64,000 nucleotides of DNA from Octopus bimaculoides (GCF_001194135.2 NC_068986.1:40183998-40247997), one strand, 5' to 3'; positions 25,231 through 37,082 are shown, counted from the first letter of the stretch. Numbers and translations are program-made. The notes: generated by a model not told the origin, from the sequence alone.

Positions 25231-26554
25231 GATATAGTTTTAATAATTTCCAATATTGGCACCAAACAGCACTTGGAGGTGAGGTTATATTGTTGATTGA
25301 ATTGATGATTCTATATATGCCAAGGACTTATTGTCAAAATAAAAATATCATTATCTCGTAATCAATCAAATTGAAGAATAAATACTATATTTCCTTCCCG
25401 CCCTGCTCCACCTTTTCCTTTTTCCTAATTGTGTAGTTGGTGTTTGCAAGAGCATCTAGCAATAAAAATCTCCTGCATCAAGAATTGATGTAAATATTTC
25501 CAATTCATAACAACTGTCCAAACCATTCAACTATAAGATACAGCTAAAAGACATTTTCAAAAAAAAAAGAAAAAGAAAAACAGTGAAAAATAAATACATA
25601 CATAAAACTAATAAAAATATAACGGATTGATAAATATTTTTCATATTCTTAATATGTTTAGCTTAACATGAGGATTGCTTGCAACTGAATCAATTCCATT
25701 GAAGGGTGGTTAGTCGAAAGTGGTTGTGCACGAGAAAACCAGAACCACTAAAAGTATAAAAAGAAAACAAAGAAAATTGAAGAACACGCAACTAAGACTA
25801 TAACTGCTCACTGATTGTTTCTTAGAAATTTCTCAACTTTGATTCCTGTTTATCAGAGTTCCAACGGAAGCAGTGTCTTGAATGATTATGAATTATTCAT
25901 AAACACTGATAAGAATCGCTTAAAAAAAACAAAAAAAAACAAAAACAAAAGACAAAAACATCTGATGTGCATTTTTTTTTTTGTCTTTGTCGGTGCAGAA
26001 AACTCATAGCAAAATGAAATGATTTTAATTTAGAACTGATCTTTCTTCAGATTCCGTCTCTTCTAACAAACATCTAAAAAATATGCTTTAGTATATGACA
26101 AAAGTCTTTTTAGCAATTTTGTCCCTCTCCTTGAAATAACATTCGAAATATTTAAAAATATTGCAGTTATTTTGAAGTTACTGTGTATTTGCATTTTTTT
26201 TTTTTTTTCTGAAATTCTTTTTTTATTATTATTATTTTCTTTTACAATTTTATCTGCAAGAAAATATTTTCGGTTAGTTTTTGATTCTTTGCTTGGTGTC
26301 ATTGGATTCTTTTCTTGTATAACAGGAAAAGACGAAGGCTTTTACCATACAGTTTTTAGTTTTGCATAATAATTTTTTTCTTCCCAAGATCAACTTGTTG
26401 CTAACAACCCTTTTTATAAAACTCTTTAAAAAGTATTTGAAATCGACATTAAAATATAAAACCATTTAAGGAACATAAGGGCCACTCCCTTCCTTTTAGT
26501 TTTCTTTTGAATTAATTTGAACCAGTTTGTCTATCAAACCATATCACTGACTGA

Positions 26555-26790
26555 GTGCAGGCATGACTGTGTGGTTAAGAAGTTTGCTACTCAACCATAT
26601 AGTTTCAGGTTCAATCCCACTGCATGGCATTTTGGGCAAGTGTCTTCTACTATTGCCCCAGGTTGACCAATGCATTTTGAGTGTATTTGGTAGATGGAAA
26701 CTGTAAGAAACCCATCACATACACATATGCACACATGTATATGTGTAAGTGTGCATGTTTGTGTCCCTCTTGTCTTGAATTGCATGATGT
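26555..26790 (+). mobile_element. SINE family A 5' part
   Basis: Head and body match. Confidence 0.8.
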
Positions 26791-27058
26791 TTGTAAATGA
26801 GTATGACAGCCATACAAACAGTGTCATTCGGGAAGTACTACCTTGCTTTGAAACAGTTGAGGGTGAGTGACAGGAAGGGCATCCAGCTATAGAGAATCGG
26901 ACTCAATAGATGCTGTCCAACCCATGCATGAAAGAGTGGATATTAAAATGATGGTGATTTTTATATTTGATTCCTTTTGGCTGAATATTAAGATTTTCGA
27001 CTTACTTACTCTCTCACACTGAAATAAATATCTTTTGTGCAATATTCTGTGCACATTA

Positions 27059-27274
27059 AGGTGGCGAGCTGGCAGAAATGTTAGCATGCTGGGCAAAATG
27101 CTTAGCGGTATTTCTTCTGTGTTTACAATCCGAGTTCAAATTCCACTGAGGTCGACTTTGCATTTCATCTTTTCGGGGTTGATAAATTAAGTACCAGTTG
27201 CATACTAGGGTCGATCTAATCGACTGCCCCCCTCCCAATAAAAAATTTCAGGCCTTGTGTCTAGAGTAGAAAAG
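27059..27274 (+). mobile_element. Full-length SINE family B with 18-bp TSD (one mismatch)
   Basis: AATATTCTGTGCACATTA 27041-27058 and AATATTTTGTGCACATTA 27275-27292. Confidence 0.92.
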
Positions 27275-27419
27275 AATATTTTGTGCACATTATATAATAT
27301 CTTACTGATTCAAGAGTTGGGGATATAAGTTCAGTTTACCTAAGGACTAAAATGTAGTATTGAAAGTTTCTTAGTATTGTAGCATATACTTCATTACTGA
27401 AGTCCTTTATTCATTTGCT

Positions 27420-27587
27420 AGTGCAAGATCTGGTGTTTTATGCCTGGTACTTATTCTATCAGTTGTCTTTTGCCAAACTGCTAAGTTACAGGGATGTAAA
27501 CAACCCAACACCAGTTGTCAAGCAGTGGTGGGATACAAACACAGAACAGACACACACACTCAGATACATACATACATACATTTATAT

Positions 27588-27622
<35 letters not shown>

Positions 27623-27800
27623 CATGCACACACACACACACACATATATGATGGGCTTCTTTCAGTTTCTGTTTACTAAATCCACTCTCAACATTATGGT
27701 CAGCCCAAGGCTTTAGAAGACACTTGCCCAAGGTGCCTTGCAGTGGGAATGAACCCAGAACCATGCGGTTGGGAAACAAGCTTCTTAGCACACACCCACA
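27420..27800 (-). mobile_element. SINE family A
   Basis: Reverse complement match. Confidence 0.82.
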
Positions 27801-27847
27801 CAGAGTGTCCATAAATTTTCTTACAACTTACACAATCTATCATTTAG

Positions 27848-27964
27848 ATGTATTGTGTCCACCAATGGAGCCTGTGTGGAAGTGTTCTGATGTTTCTAAT
27901 AAAACTTTATTTGTTTGCCTATGTATTCCAGTAAACCCTGCTGAGTTATCCTTATTTTTCAAAG
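27848..27964 (+). CDS. Candidate symmetric (phase 1-1) exon with four Cys: VLCPPMEPVWKCSDVSNKTLFVCLCIPVNPAELSLFFK
   Basis: Acceptor CTATCATTTAG, donor AAG|GTAATT, open frame, unique sequence. Confidence 0.25.
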
Positions 27965-28680
27965 GTAATTTATGGACACCCAGTATATGCAAAAAAGAAT
28001 TAAGTAAAAGATAAAACATTTATTGAAATAAAAGAAACATTTAATTCGTATTAGTTTTAACTGCTTTTATTTCTATAAGCAATATTAAATACAACAAAGC
28101 ACAGTCTGGAAGCTTTGACAATGAAGTAATGTCTATGTATACATGAATTTAGTGGAGTAAACAATTTTTATGATAAGGATATCTGTGAGATCATCTTGCT
28201 ATTGTAGGTTGACTTAGACCAGCAAAGATCTTTTCCTTCTGTTAAATGGATCACCAGCTCTACTTAGAGCAAACATACAGCTGACCATATGTGAATACAT
28301 TTAGTAGCGTGACAAATTGAAGTAAAAATAGTGATAGCTAGATACATGAAATTTCTTTTGGGGGAAGAAGGTAACTTATTAAAATTCAACAGAGATAAAA
28401 AAAAAAAAAATCATTCCGAAGTTTTCTTAAGAAAAATTTAAAGATCGGAGATTCACAACTTTCTATTTTGTAATAAATTTATTTTTAAAGAAGAAATTTC
28501 TAACTTTTGAAAGTGGTAGCTTAATGTCTTTAAAGATTGTGTTGAGAAATGTGTGTGTGTATACATACATGCAAAGAGAGGCTGAGTTGTGAACCAAACT
28601 GGAAGTTATGTATGTTACGCATGATAGATTTGACAAAAATTATTATAGCGATTTATGGTCTTTTATTATTTTTTTTTTGT

Positions 28681-29420
28681 GAAATGACAGTAATACCAGA
28701 GTGTCAGAAAGTAATAGAAATATTAGATTACCAGATTAAAATGCCAGAAGTATTAGAAAGTTACAGAATTGCTAGAGTGTAATGCTTACAGTGTCAGGAA
28801 GTGGGATTTGTCAGAAAGTGACAGAAATGTTACCAAACTAAAATGCTAGTGTCAGAAAATGGCAGAAATGCTTGCAATAAGATTAAGATGTTAAAGGCAG
28901 AAATACTAGGCTGAAGTGCTAGAATTGTTTGTTCAGACAAAAATGCTTGTGTCAAAAAGTGACAGAAAGGCTATCAGACTAAAATGCTTGTCAGAAAGTG
29001 ACATAAATGCTTTCAGACTTAATATACTAGAATATCAAGTAAATAATAAAAAGGCTAGAAAACCAGAGTGAAAAAGCTAGTGTCAAAAAACTAACGAAAA
29101 TACTAAAATGCTAATGTGTCAGAAATTGATAGATTTACAATGTCAGAGAGTGACAGAAATGCAACCAGACTAAAATGTTAGTGTCAGATAGTGACAGAAA
29201 TGCTTCTTCCAGAAAGTGATAGAAATACTACCAGACTAAAATGCTGCTTCCAGTAAGTGACAGAAATGCTACCAGACTAAAATGCTAGTGTCAGAAAATG
29301 CTGTCGTGTTAAAATACTAGTATGAGAAAGTGACAGAACAGTTAACTGACTAAAATGCTAGGGTGTCAGAAAGTGACTGAAAGACATAATGCTGGTGTTA
29401 GGAAGTGACAAAAAGGCTAG
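28681..29420. repeat. Degenerate minisatellite, ~41-bp unit TAGTGTCAGAAAGTGACAGAAATGCTACCAGACTAAAATGC
   Basis: Many imperfect tandem units built from CAGAAA sub-repeats. Confidence 0.9.
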
Positions 29421-29775
29421 AGGGTAAAATTGAAATGTCTTGTAGTATTGAAATCAAGTCCTGTAAAACAAGGCAGTGCAGTGCTCCAGCATGGCTGCAG
29501 TCCAATGACAGAAACAAGCAAACGGTAAAAGAAAGATGTATATATATATATATATGTAATGTATTTAAGGTGTTCTATTATAATTTCATTCTTTATAGGA
29601 ATATTAAAATCATACCAGTAACTTGACTAGAACTTTATCCTATCAATTCCAGAAGAATAACTGGCAAAGTTGAATTCGACAGTCTTTGAACTCCAAATAC
29701 AAAGAGCCTTACATAAATATATACTTTTCATTCTGATATGTATATGTGCATGTGTATATATATATATATATATAT

Positions 29776-30726
29776 CTCACTCAGAGTAAAAGGCAGACTG
29801 TATGACGCATGCGTACGAACAACCATGCTACATGGCAGTGAAACATGGGCTGTAACTGCTGAGGACATATGTAAGCTCGCAAGGAATGAAGCCAGTATGC
29901 TCCGTTGGATGTGTAATGTCAATGTGAATACCCGTCAGAGTATAAGTATCTTGAGAGAAAAGCTGAACATTAGAAGCATCAGTTGTGGCGTGCAAGAGAG
30001 ACGATTGCGCTGGTATGGACATGTGGTGAGAATGGAGGAGGATAGCTGCGTGAAAAAGTGCCACNNNNNNNNNNNNNNNNNNNNNNNNNNNNNNNNNNNN
30101 NNNNNNNNNNNNNNNNNNNNNNNNNNNNNNNNNNNNNNNNNNNNNNNNNNNNNNNNNNNNNNNNNNNNNNNNNNNNNNNNNNNNNNNNNNNNNNNNNNNN
30201 NNNNNNNNNNNNNNNNNNNNNNNNNNNNNNNNNNNNNNNNNNNNNNNNNNNNNNNNNNNNNNNNNNNNNNNNNNNNNNNNNNNNNNNNNNNNNNNNNNNN
30301 NNNNNNNNNNNNNNNNNNNNNNNNNNNNNNNNNNNNNNNNNNNNNNNNNNNNNNNNNNNNNNNNNNNNNNNNNNNNNNNNNNNNNNNNNNNNNNNNNNNN
30401 NNNNNNNNNNNNNNNNNNNNNNNNNNNNNNNNNNNNNNACTGGCTCCTGTAGGATTTTTGAGCGAGATCGTTGCCAGTGCCCCTGGACTGGCTTGTGCGG
30501 GTGGCACATAAAAGACACCATTTCGAGCGTGGCCGTTTTCGTGCGGGTGACACGTAAAAGCACCCACTACACTCTCTGAGTGGTTGGCGTTAGGAAGGGC
30601 ATCCAGCTGTAGAAACTCTGCCAAATCAGACTGGAGCCTGGTGTTGCCATCCGGTTTCACCAGTCCTCAGTCAAATCGTCCAACCCATGCTAGCATGGAA
30701 AGCGGACGTTAAACGACGATGATGAT
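29776..30726 (+). mobile_element. 5'-truncated RTE-clade LINE: RT C-terminal fragment, N-gap, 3' UTR and (GAT)n tail
   Basis: LRVKGRLYDACVRTTMLHGSETW...LRWMCNV...LRWYGHVVRMEEDSCVKKC is typical of the RTE post-RT region; frame intact up to the gap. Confidence 0.92.
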
Positions 30727-31454
30727 ATATATTATACACACACACTCAAAATGGAAATGATGAACACAAAAAAGAAAGCACTGGGAGGACAAGTTTTAAC
30801 AAATGTATTTGATGCTTAAAAGGAAGGGAAACACATACACACACACACACACAAGTAACCGTTATAAGCAACTAGTTTTTTTGACTGTGCTGATCAATAG
30901 TAGTGAGGTTGCTAATCAAATGACTAGAAACAATCTTATAAGTCCAGCTGCTTAGATGAACTTGTTAATTTGGTTGATTGTCATTTGAGCTATTGTCACG
31001 CATTCTTGTTTTTTTTCTTTTTGAGGACATGCAAACCAAAAGCATATCCTTAGGAAAAAAGTACATGGTCCTGTAGACAGGACATGAAGGTAGTCGAGAA
31101 AAGTGTTGCTATACTAAATACACTGTGAAGGTGTATGGCCTTGCAGTTGAGTGTTGGCTTATGATCATAAAATTACACATTCAATTCCTGTTTCAGCCGG
31201 TATATTGTATCCTTAAGCAAGGCATTGTGTTCACATTGTTCCTGTCTATTTAGTTGTAATGAGTACCATCTAGGTGCTGGTGTAAGACTTCTCTCTGCAC
31301 CTGTCACATCTTGGATGTTCTACTGGTCTAAGTGACAGGTGGTCAAGAGAGTGTCTCTGCTTTTAACTACATAAGTGTATCAAACAACTAGCAAAATCAT
31401 AGTACAATCTACCAGGCCATAGTCGCTCATGAGTGATGGCTGGCTAAACTGTAT

Positions 31455-31915
31455 TGACTTACTTAAGCCTTTTGCTCCCTATGGAGCATAGATCATTGGC
31501 AAGTTTTCTCCAATGTTTTCAACTTTGGGCTGTCCTTTCTGCTTCTCTCCAGTTGGATTCCTGCTTTTTCAACTCTGCTTCACTTTCTTACCTCCAGTTA
31601 CTTTTGGTGTGTCCTCTCTTCTACCTTTCTTGTGTGTTCATGTGTTTCCTTGAAAGAGGGCCTTCTTCTCCCAGGCCTTGTTGGTTTCAGATTGCCCTTG
31701 ATATCACTGTAATTTTGCTTTTCTCTAGATACAGTTGTTGGCCCCTACACAAACCCATTTTTATCTCTGGAATGAGGTGGTGCATATTAGTCAGGCTCTT
31801 CTCTTTTGACCTGTCCAGTATGGGAGTCCCTCCCAGGAGCTGACATAGCTTTCAAGATCATTGAAGAACACAAGGCACCATACCACAACAAGGACTGGAC
31901 CTTGTGGTGGAAAAA
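31455..31915 (-). mobile_element. Internally deleted RTE (BovB-like) LINE relic
   Basis: Minus strand KRGHTKSNWR.ESEAELKKQESNWREAERTAQ..HWRKLANDLCSIGS matches the RTE C-terminus; ~31800-31915 resembles an RTE 5' UTR. Confidence 0.7.
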
Positions 31916-31951
31916 AACATCCAGTAACTATATAGATGTGGTCTTATTTAA

Positions 31952-32170
31952 CCCTTAGCATTTAGATAACTTTGTCAAATGTAATGCTTATATATTCCCA
32001 TTGTTTTAAATTTATCATTCATTATCTCATAGCTTCAAGATTTTGATGGTGTGATTGTGAATTTTTAGAATAACATTGTAGGATACATGTGAGAAGTCAG
32101 ATCTGTCTGGGTTGAACAGAAAACAGGTACAATATCTGGGCTGGATATGCCCAGTTTAAATGCTAATGGG
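31952..32170. mobile_element. piggyBac-like MITE (TTAA TSD); internal fragment at ~33386-33600 and full copy at 62487-62705
   Basis: TTAA|CCCTTAGCATT ... AATGCTAATGGG|TTAA. Confidence 0.85.
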
Positions 32171-32920
32171 TTAATTATTGTTAGTTGTGTGTTAAATAAC
32201 TTGAGCTGAATATAAAAAAGAAACCCCATTAACTTCACTGCAAAATTTGTATTTCACCACATATTATAAACTGAACTTGTAACTTCAAGCTGTGCTATAA
32301 CTATTGTAATATTCTCATGGAAATCACCTGGTAGAAAATAGTTGAGAAAGGAAAAGAGTAAGAAAAGCAGCCATGATTTCATCATTTAGCATTTGCTTTC
32401 CATGCTGGCATGGGTTAGACGGTTTGATTGGAACTGGTAGGCCAGTAAGCCGCACTAAGTTCTAGTCTGATTTAGCTTGGTTTCTACGGCTGGATGCCTT
32501 TCCTAATGTCAGCCACTCCAAGAGTGTAATGGGTGCTTTTTATGAGCCAGGGCAAATAGAATATTTGTCCTGGCAATTCATATGGAACCATTTTACATAT
32601 GGAAAAATGGCAAGTGTGGAAAGAAAAAAGAAAAGAAAAAGAGCACTCAACTCCAAAGGAGGAAGAAATATAAAGCAAAACAAAAAACATTACAAAAACA
32701 AGTCCTTTTCCTAAATATTGTGAAAATATCTTTTAGCATCAATGTTGTTGATTCCGAGACCTTTTAAGAGATAATATTTACATTGATGGAAGCAGATGCT
32801 GGGATGCTATTTTTCCATGCTGATCTAATTCATTTCAACATGAAAAAATGGATATCAAATTGTTGATGATGATTATGATGTTGATATTTTGCTGCAAGTG
32901 AAAATATGAAGTCGGTAGGT

Positions 32921-32955
<35 letters not shown>

Positions 32956-33731
32956 CTAAATGAAGACATACAATTCAATGTCACCTTGCATGGTTTCTTT
33001 GAGTTCTCTTGTAAAAAAAAAATATTTTCATTTGATTGATTACACTTTTTATCTATGAGAGGAAGGTCATCAATATTTTTTGTTGTTTTGTTTTGTGAGT
33101 CTTTAATAAACAATAATTTAAGTGTTACACAATTTTTTTTATTAGTCACCCATGGAAAGATAACAATACTTGCCAATATTGTATCCAGTCTAGCTCCGAA
33201 ATCAGTCCTGATTGTTCAGTCTTTCTTCAGACATATTACATCTAGGACTGTATATTCAACATATCCTTTCTTTTGAAGTGCCCTTATTTGCTAGTCATAC
33301 ATTGTTGTTTAGCTCAGGTCTACCTTAAACTTATCAGGCTTATTATCAAAAGTGCTCCAGTTGTGCTTGACATAGCTATAATTTGGTATATCACAGATTT
33401 CACTTGTTCAATGTGTTCTTTTTGTTTTTAAATCAACCATATCTGGCCCAAATATTCTACCTGTTTTTGTTCAAAGTGGCCAGATCTAACCTATCACACC
33501 TACCCTAAATAGTAATTAATCATCTCATTTGAAATCTCAAAGCTACAAGATAATGCATGATTAATTCAAAACTATGTAAATGAATATTACTTTTGAATAC
33601 TAAAGAGTCAAAGACAGCAGGGTTTGATTTGTGAGTTGTTTGGTTTATATTTTAATTGGTAGAGCAACTACATTATGGGCTTCCTCTTGGTGGTACTTAT
33701 AATACTAAAGTGAATAGTCTCTTCTCATATT

Positions 33732-33976
33732 TAGGGCTGTGGAGTCGAAACAAAAAACTTTGACTCTGACTCCTATTCGCACCTCCGACTGACTCCTCTT
33801 TATGTAATTGATTGTGGTCTACATATCTCAAAGCATATGCATATGCTTGTACTTTGAGTAGGCCTTTATGTTATAACTGGTTTATATTAAAGAATAAAGA
33901 TATTGTGAGTCAGAGTCAGTATTGTTTTACTGACTCCGACTACCCTTTAATTGTTTCTGACTCCCACAACTCCTGC
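33732..33976. mobile_element. hAT-like MITE with GACTCC sub-terminal repeats
   Basis: Termini TAGGGCTGTGGAGTC and GACTCCCACAACTCCTG. Confidence 0.6.
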
Positions 33977-35406
33977 TCATATTACCTATTTGTTACAAAG
34001 GAAACTGAGCTGTTGAGATATCTTTGCAAAGAACTCAAAAGTAAAATAGCACAGAACATTGTATAAGCAAAACTGACTCAATTAGCAAAAAAGAACTGCA
34101 GCACTGTGAGACTGTGAGACTCAAGACTCCCTGAAGAGGAGTCATATGGCTAAATCGTAGTTCTTGATTTTGTAGTGTTGATTGGAGAATCACAAATAGC
34201 TTTCGCTGCTGTTGGAATTGAGCTCAACACTACAAGCCATTGAAGTAATGTGCTACCACTGCTTACAGCAATGAACTGATTGTTAGCTATTATATTGACT
34301 TGGCTGTCTAGCCACTGCTATTTCTCCTGTACACTTGCTGAAAAGTAACATGGTTTAAACTTTGGTGTATCCATTCTTCCATGTGGGTATGGGTTTTATA
34401 GCCAGATGCTCTTCTTGTTGACAATCTTTCTCATCACCTCATATGAAACAGGGATATGGTATACCTACTCATTCTGAGCAGAAGAAATATGAGAGGTATA
34501 CATATAAAGCTGGTTGGTCTGATATGTTTGAATATTGAATTTTGTTTTTAAAATTACTCTCTTGAAGACGTTGTCTTGAATTCTAGTCTCTATCAAGTCT
34601 CATTGAAAAGGAAAGAAAGGGAAAAAAACCGTCATATAAACCTTTTTTAGGGCTGATTTTTGATATATAAAAGAACTATTATTTTGTGATAGGTATGTGT
34701 ATATGAGCAGTTGCAGTAAATTAACCTGTATAGTAGTTATTGTGCGGATCCAGGTTAGCTTTTCGAATTTGTAATGTCTTCTGTTATAAATTCATTCACA
34801 TGCAGGCTGTTTTATAGAAATGTTAAAATTACTCCAGTAACTTGACTGGCGCCTAATTTTTAACAACACCAAAAGAATGAAAAGCATATTTGAAGTCAGT
34901 GGGTCTTGAACTTTAAGCGTGGAGATACATAAGCACTACATGCAGCTTTGTCTGATGCTCTCACGCTTCTGCCAGTAACTAACTTTTAAATGCAGTCATT
35001 AACTTTCATTATAAAACTTTGCTACCATTTTATAAATTGCAGTTACTGTTGCACGATAACTAACTTTTTACATGTAAAAAATAGTTTGAGAGTAAAAGTG
35101 TTGCAAGCGTTTGTAACGCTCTTAGACTTTCACCTATTTTCTAGCAGTAAAACTGTGAGTGACATTTACTCCTTAAAAAAAAGAAAAAGATAATTCTTTC
35201 ACCTTTTTTTTAAACGAAAAACTACTTTCACTTTGTTTTTATAGAAAAAATTCTTTCGGTGTTTAGCAAATTGAAACGAAACGAAAACAATGAGGAAACA
35301 AAAAAAGAAAAACAAAAACAAAACTTTCACTGAACATATCTGAAATATTAAAAGCTTTTAAGTTTTTTTTAAAAAATAGACGTAGCTCTTTCGTTTCGCA
35401 TTATAG

Positions 35407-35467
35407 GTGAAGAACGTTCGATAGCGAACATCTACAGCAGTTCTGCTGTTCGATACAAAACTCTTTA
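35407..35467 (+). CDS. Candidate exon (G)EERSIANIYSSSAVRYKTL, phase 1-2
   Basis: Acceptor CTTTCGTTTCGCATTATAG, donor TA|GTGAGG; only this frame is open; could instead be regulatory (contains two small hairpins). Confidence 0.2.
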
Positions 35468-35518
35468 GTGAGGTTCATAAGTTCAGTCTCCTTAAAAAGA
35501 AACGAAAATGAAACTAAA

Positions 35519-35990
35519 TTTCGCGGGGAAGTGAAATTCCATGAATCCATTTTATAACATATACAGATATTCTCGCTTTTACGGTTCTAAATTCAGTCAC
35601 AAAAAGTGACTGTCGTAAACTGTTTTACGGAAACTAAAATTCAGATAGTTTCTAAGAGTGTATTGCAATATTTATATAGCGACATTTTTCGAGAAGCGGA
35701 CTTCATGAGACATAACAAACTGCACTACAAAAAATAAATAAATAAATAAAATAAAATAAAACTTAAAAAAACTCAAGGTTAGGCATGCTATTCAGAAAAT
35801 TATACGAGTCGCAGTTTGCCCTCGACTGCTACAAAGCATTCGCAACCCTTCCTCCTCCCAATCAAATGGATGTCGCAAGTCTTACCAATTTCTACCCAAT
35901 TCGATTCGAATTGTTCAGTTACACCTCCAATAGGTTTGGCATTGTTTCTATATGACACTACTCGTCAATCTCTTAAGAAATTGTACCAAT
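35519..35990. promoter_or_regulatory. Promoter-like CpG-rich region with five CCAAT boxes and an E2F-like site
   Basis: CCAAT at 35858, 35885, 35896, 35927 and 35986; TTTCGCGG at 35519-35526. Confidence 0.55.
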
Positions 35991-36970
35991 CTATACGAAT
36001 ACCATCATATATTTTTCATTCGTTAATACTTTATTTTTGAGGAAGTTCTCAGCGCCCCCTATACATGATCATCATCAGCTGCCTGAATGACAAATGCGAA
36101 CGAGTGAAGACAAAAAGAATTTAACAGTAACGGATTGATTTTTAAAAAAATGGTTTCTACTGTATTTCCACCGGTAATCGTCGCAATGTTTCTTATGTGA
36201 AATTAAACAGGTTCTCGACACTGTTCACATATACAACTGTTATCGGCAAGACTTCCTTTTGTACCCCACCAAAACCACCCCTTTAAAAAAAAAAATTTAT
36301 CTACACAATCCTCCGTTTTTAGCTACAGAGAATATGAATCCAACTACGCCAGTTTGTCACGACCACAGAGCTTTTCAGGTCTAGTCGTAGACCACACACG
36401 GAACACAGCTCCAGCCAGTTTCCAGCGACGACGTCAACACCACCGATCTACTGTCTACCACAATGTCGTCGCCACCAGCGCCACTACCAGAGTACACGCA
36501 CCAGCAACAACAGCGGTTTCATCTAGATACTGTTTGAGTGGATTGGTTCCACCACGAAGTTAACAGCTAGAACAACCTGCGAGAATCTTCTGTACCAAGT
36601 AACCGGTCGCAGCATCGACGCTCAACTTCACACACAGCATGTGACACCACAGCTCTGCTCCTTGGCCACAACTTCTTATACAGACATTTTACTTGTGTAC
36701 CTCTTCTATAAACTGGTATTTCTCTATCTATGTGTTCCGATGCTTATTTGTCTCTGTTACAGACACTTATTCTATGCTCTGTATTTCTTTCTCACATACA
36801 CACATATTGTATACATACTCTTGTTCACAAGAAGGCCTGTCTTATGTATTGTATTGTTTATATTGCCGCATGCACGCACACACAGACAACACAGTTCACT
36901 ATGTTAATAAACTTACTCTCTCTATATATCTAACGGTTGTCTGTCACTCTCTCTCTTTCCTTTACTGGCA

Positions 36971-37082
36971 ATGGCTCGCATCTCATGTTATATTATGTTT
37001 TTGTGTTCGACCGTGCGACGCGTGAAAAGGAGCTTCTCCATTCGTCGCCATCTCCTATGGTTCGCACGGTCGTATCCTACAG
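36971..37082 (+). CDS. Candidate first coding exon MARISCYIMFLCSTVRRVKRSFSIRRHLLWFARSYPT (phase 1; Arg/Ser-rich, no acidic residues, transit-peptide-like)
   Basis: GCAATGG start context and donor CAG|GTACGT inside the CpG island. An alternative frame MLYYVFVFDRATREK... is also open. Confidence 0.4.

Noticed and set aside
28681-29420. CRISPR-like periodic array
   Set aside because: No unique spacers and a eukaryotic context; it is a degenerate minisatellite.
35595-35613. CAGTCACAAAAAGTGACTG resembling miR-153
   Set aside because: Not an exact match, and it forms a tiny hairpin on itself rather than one arm of a precursor.
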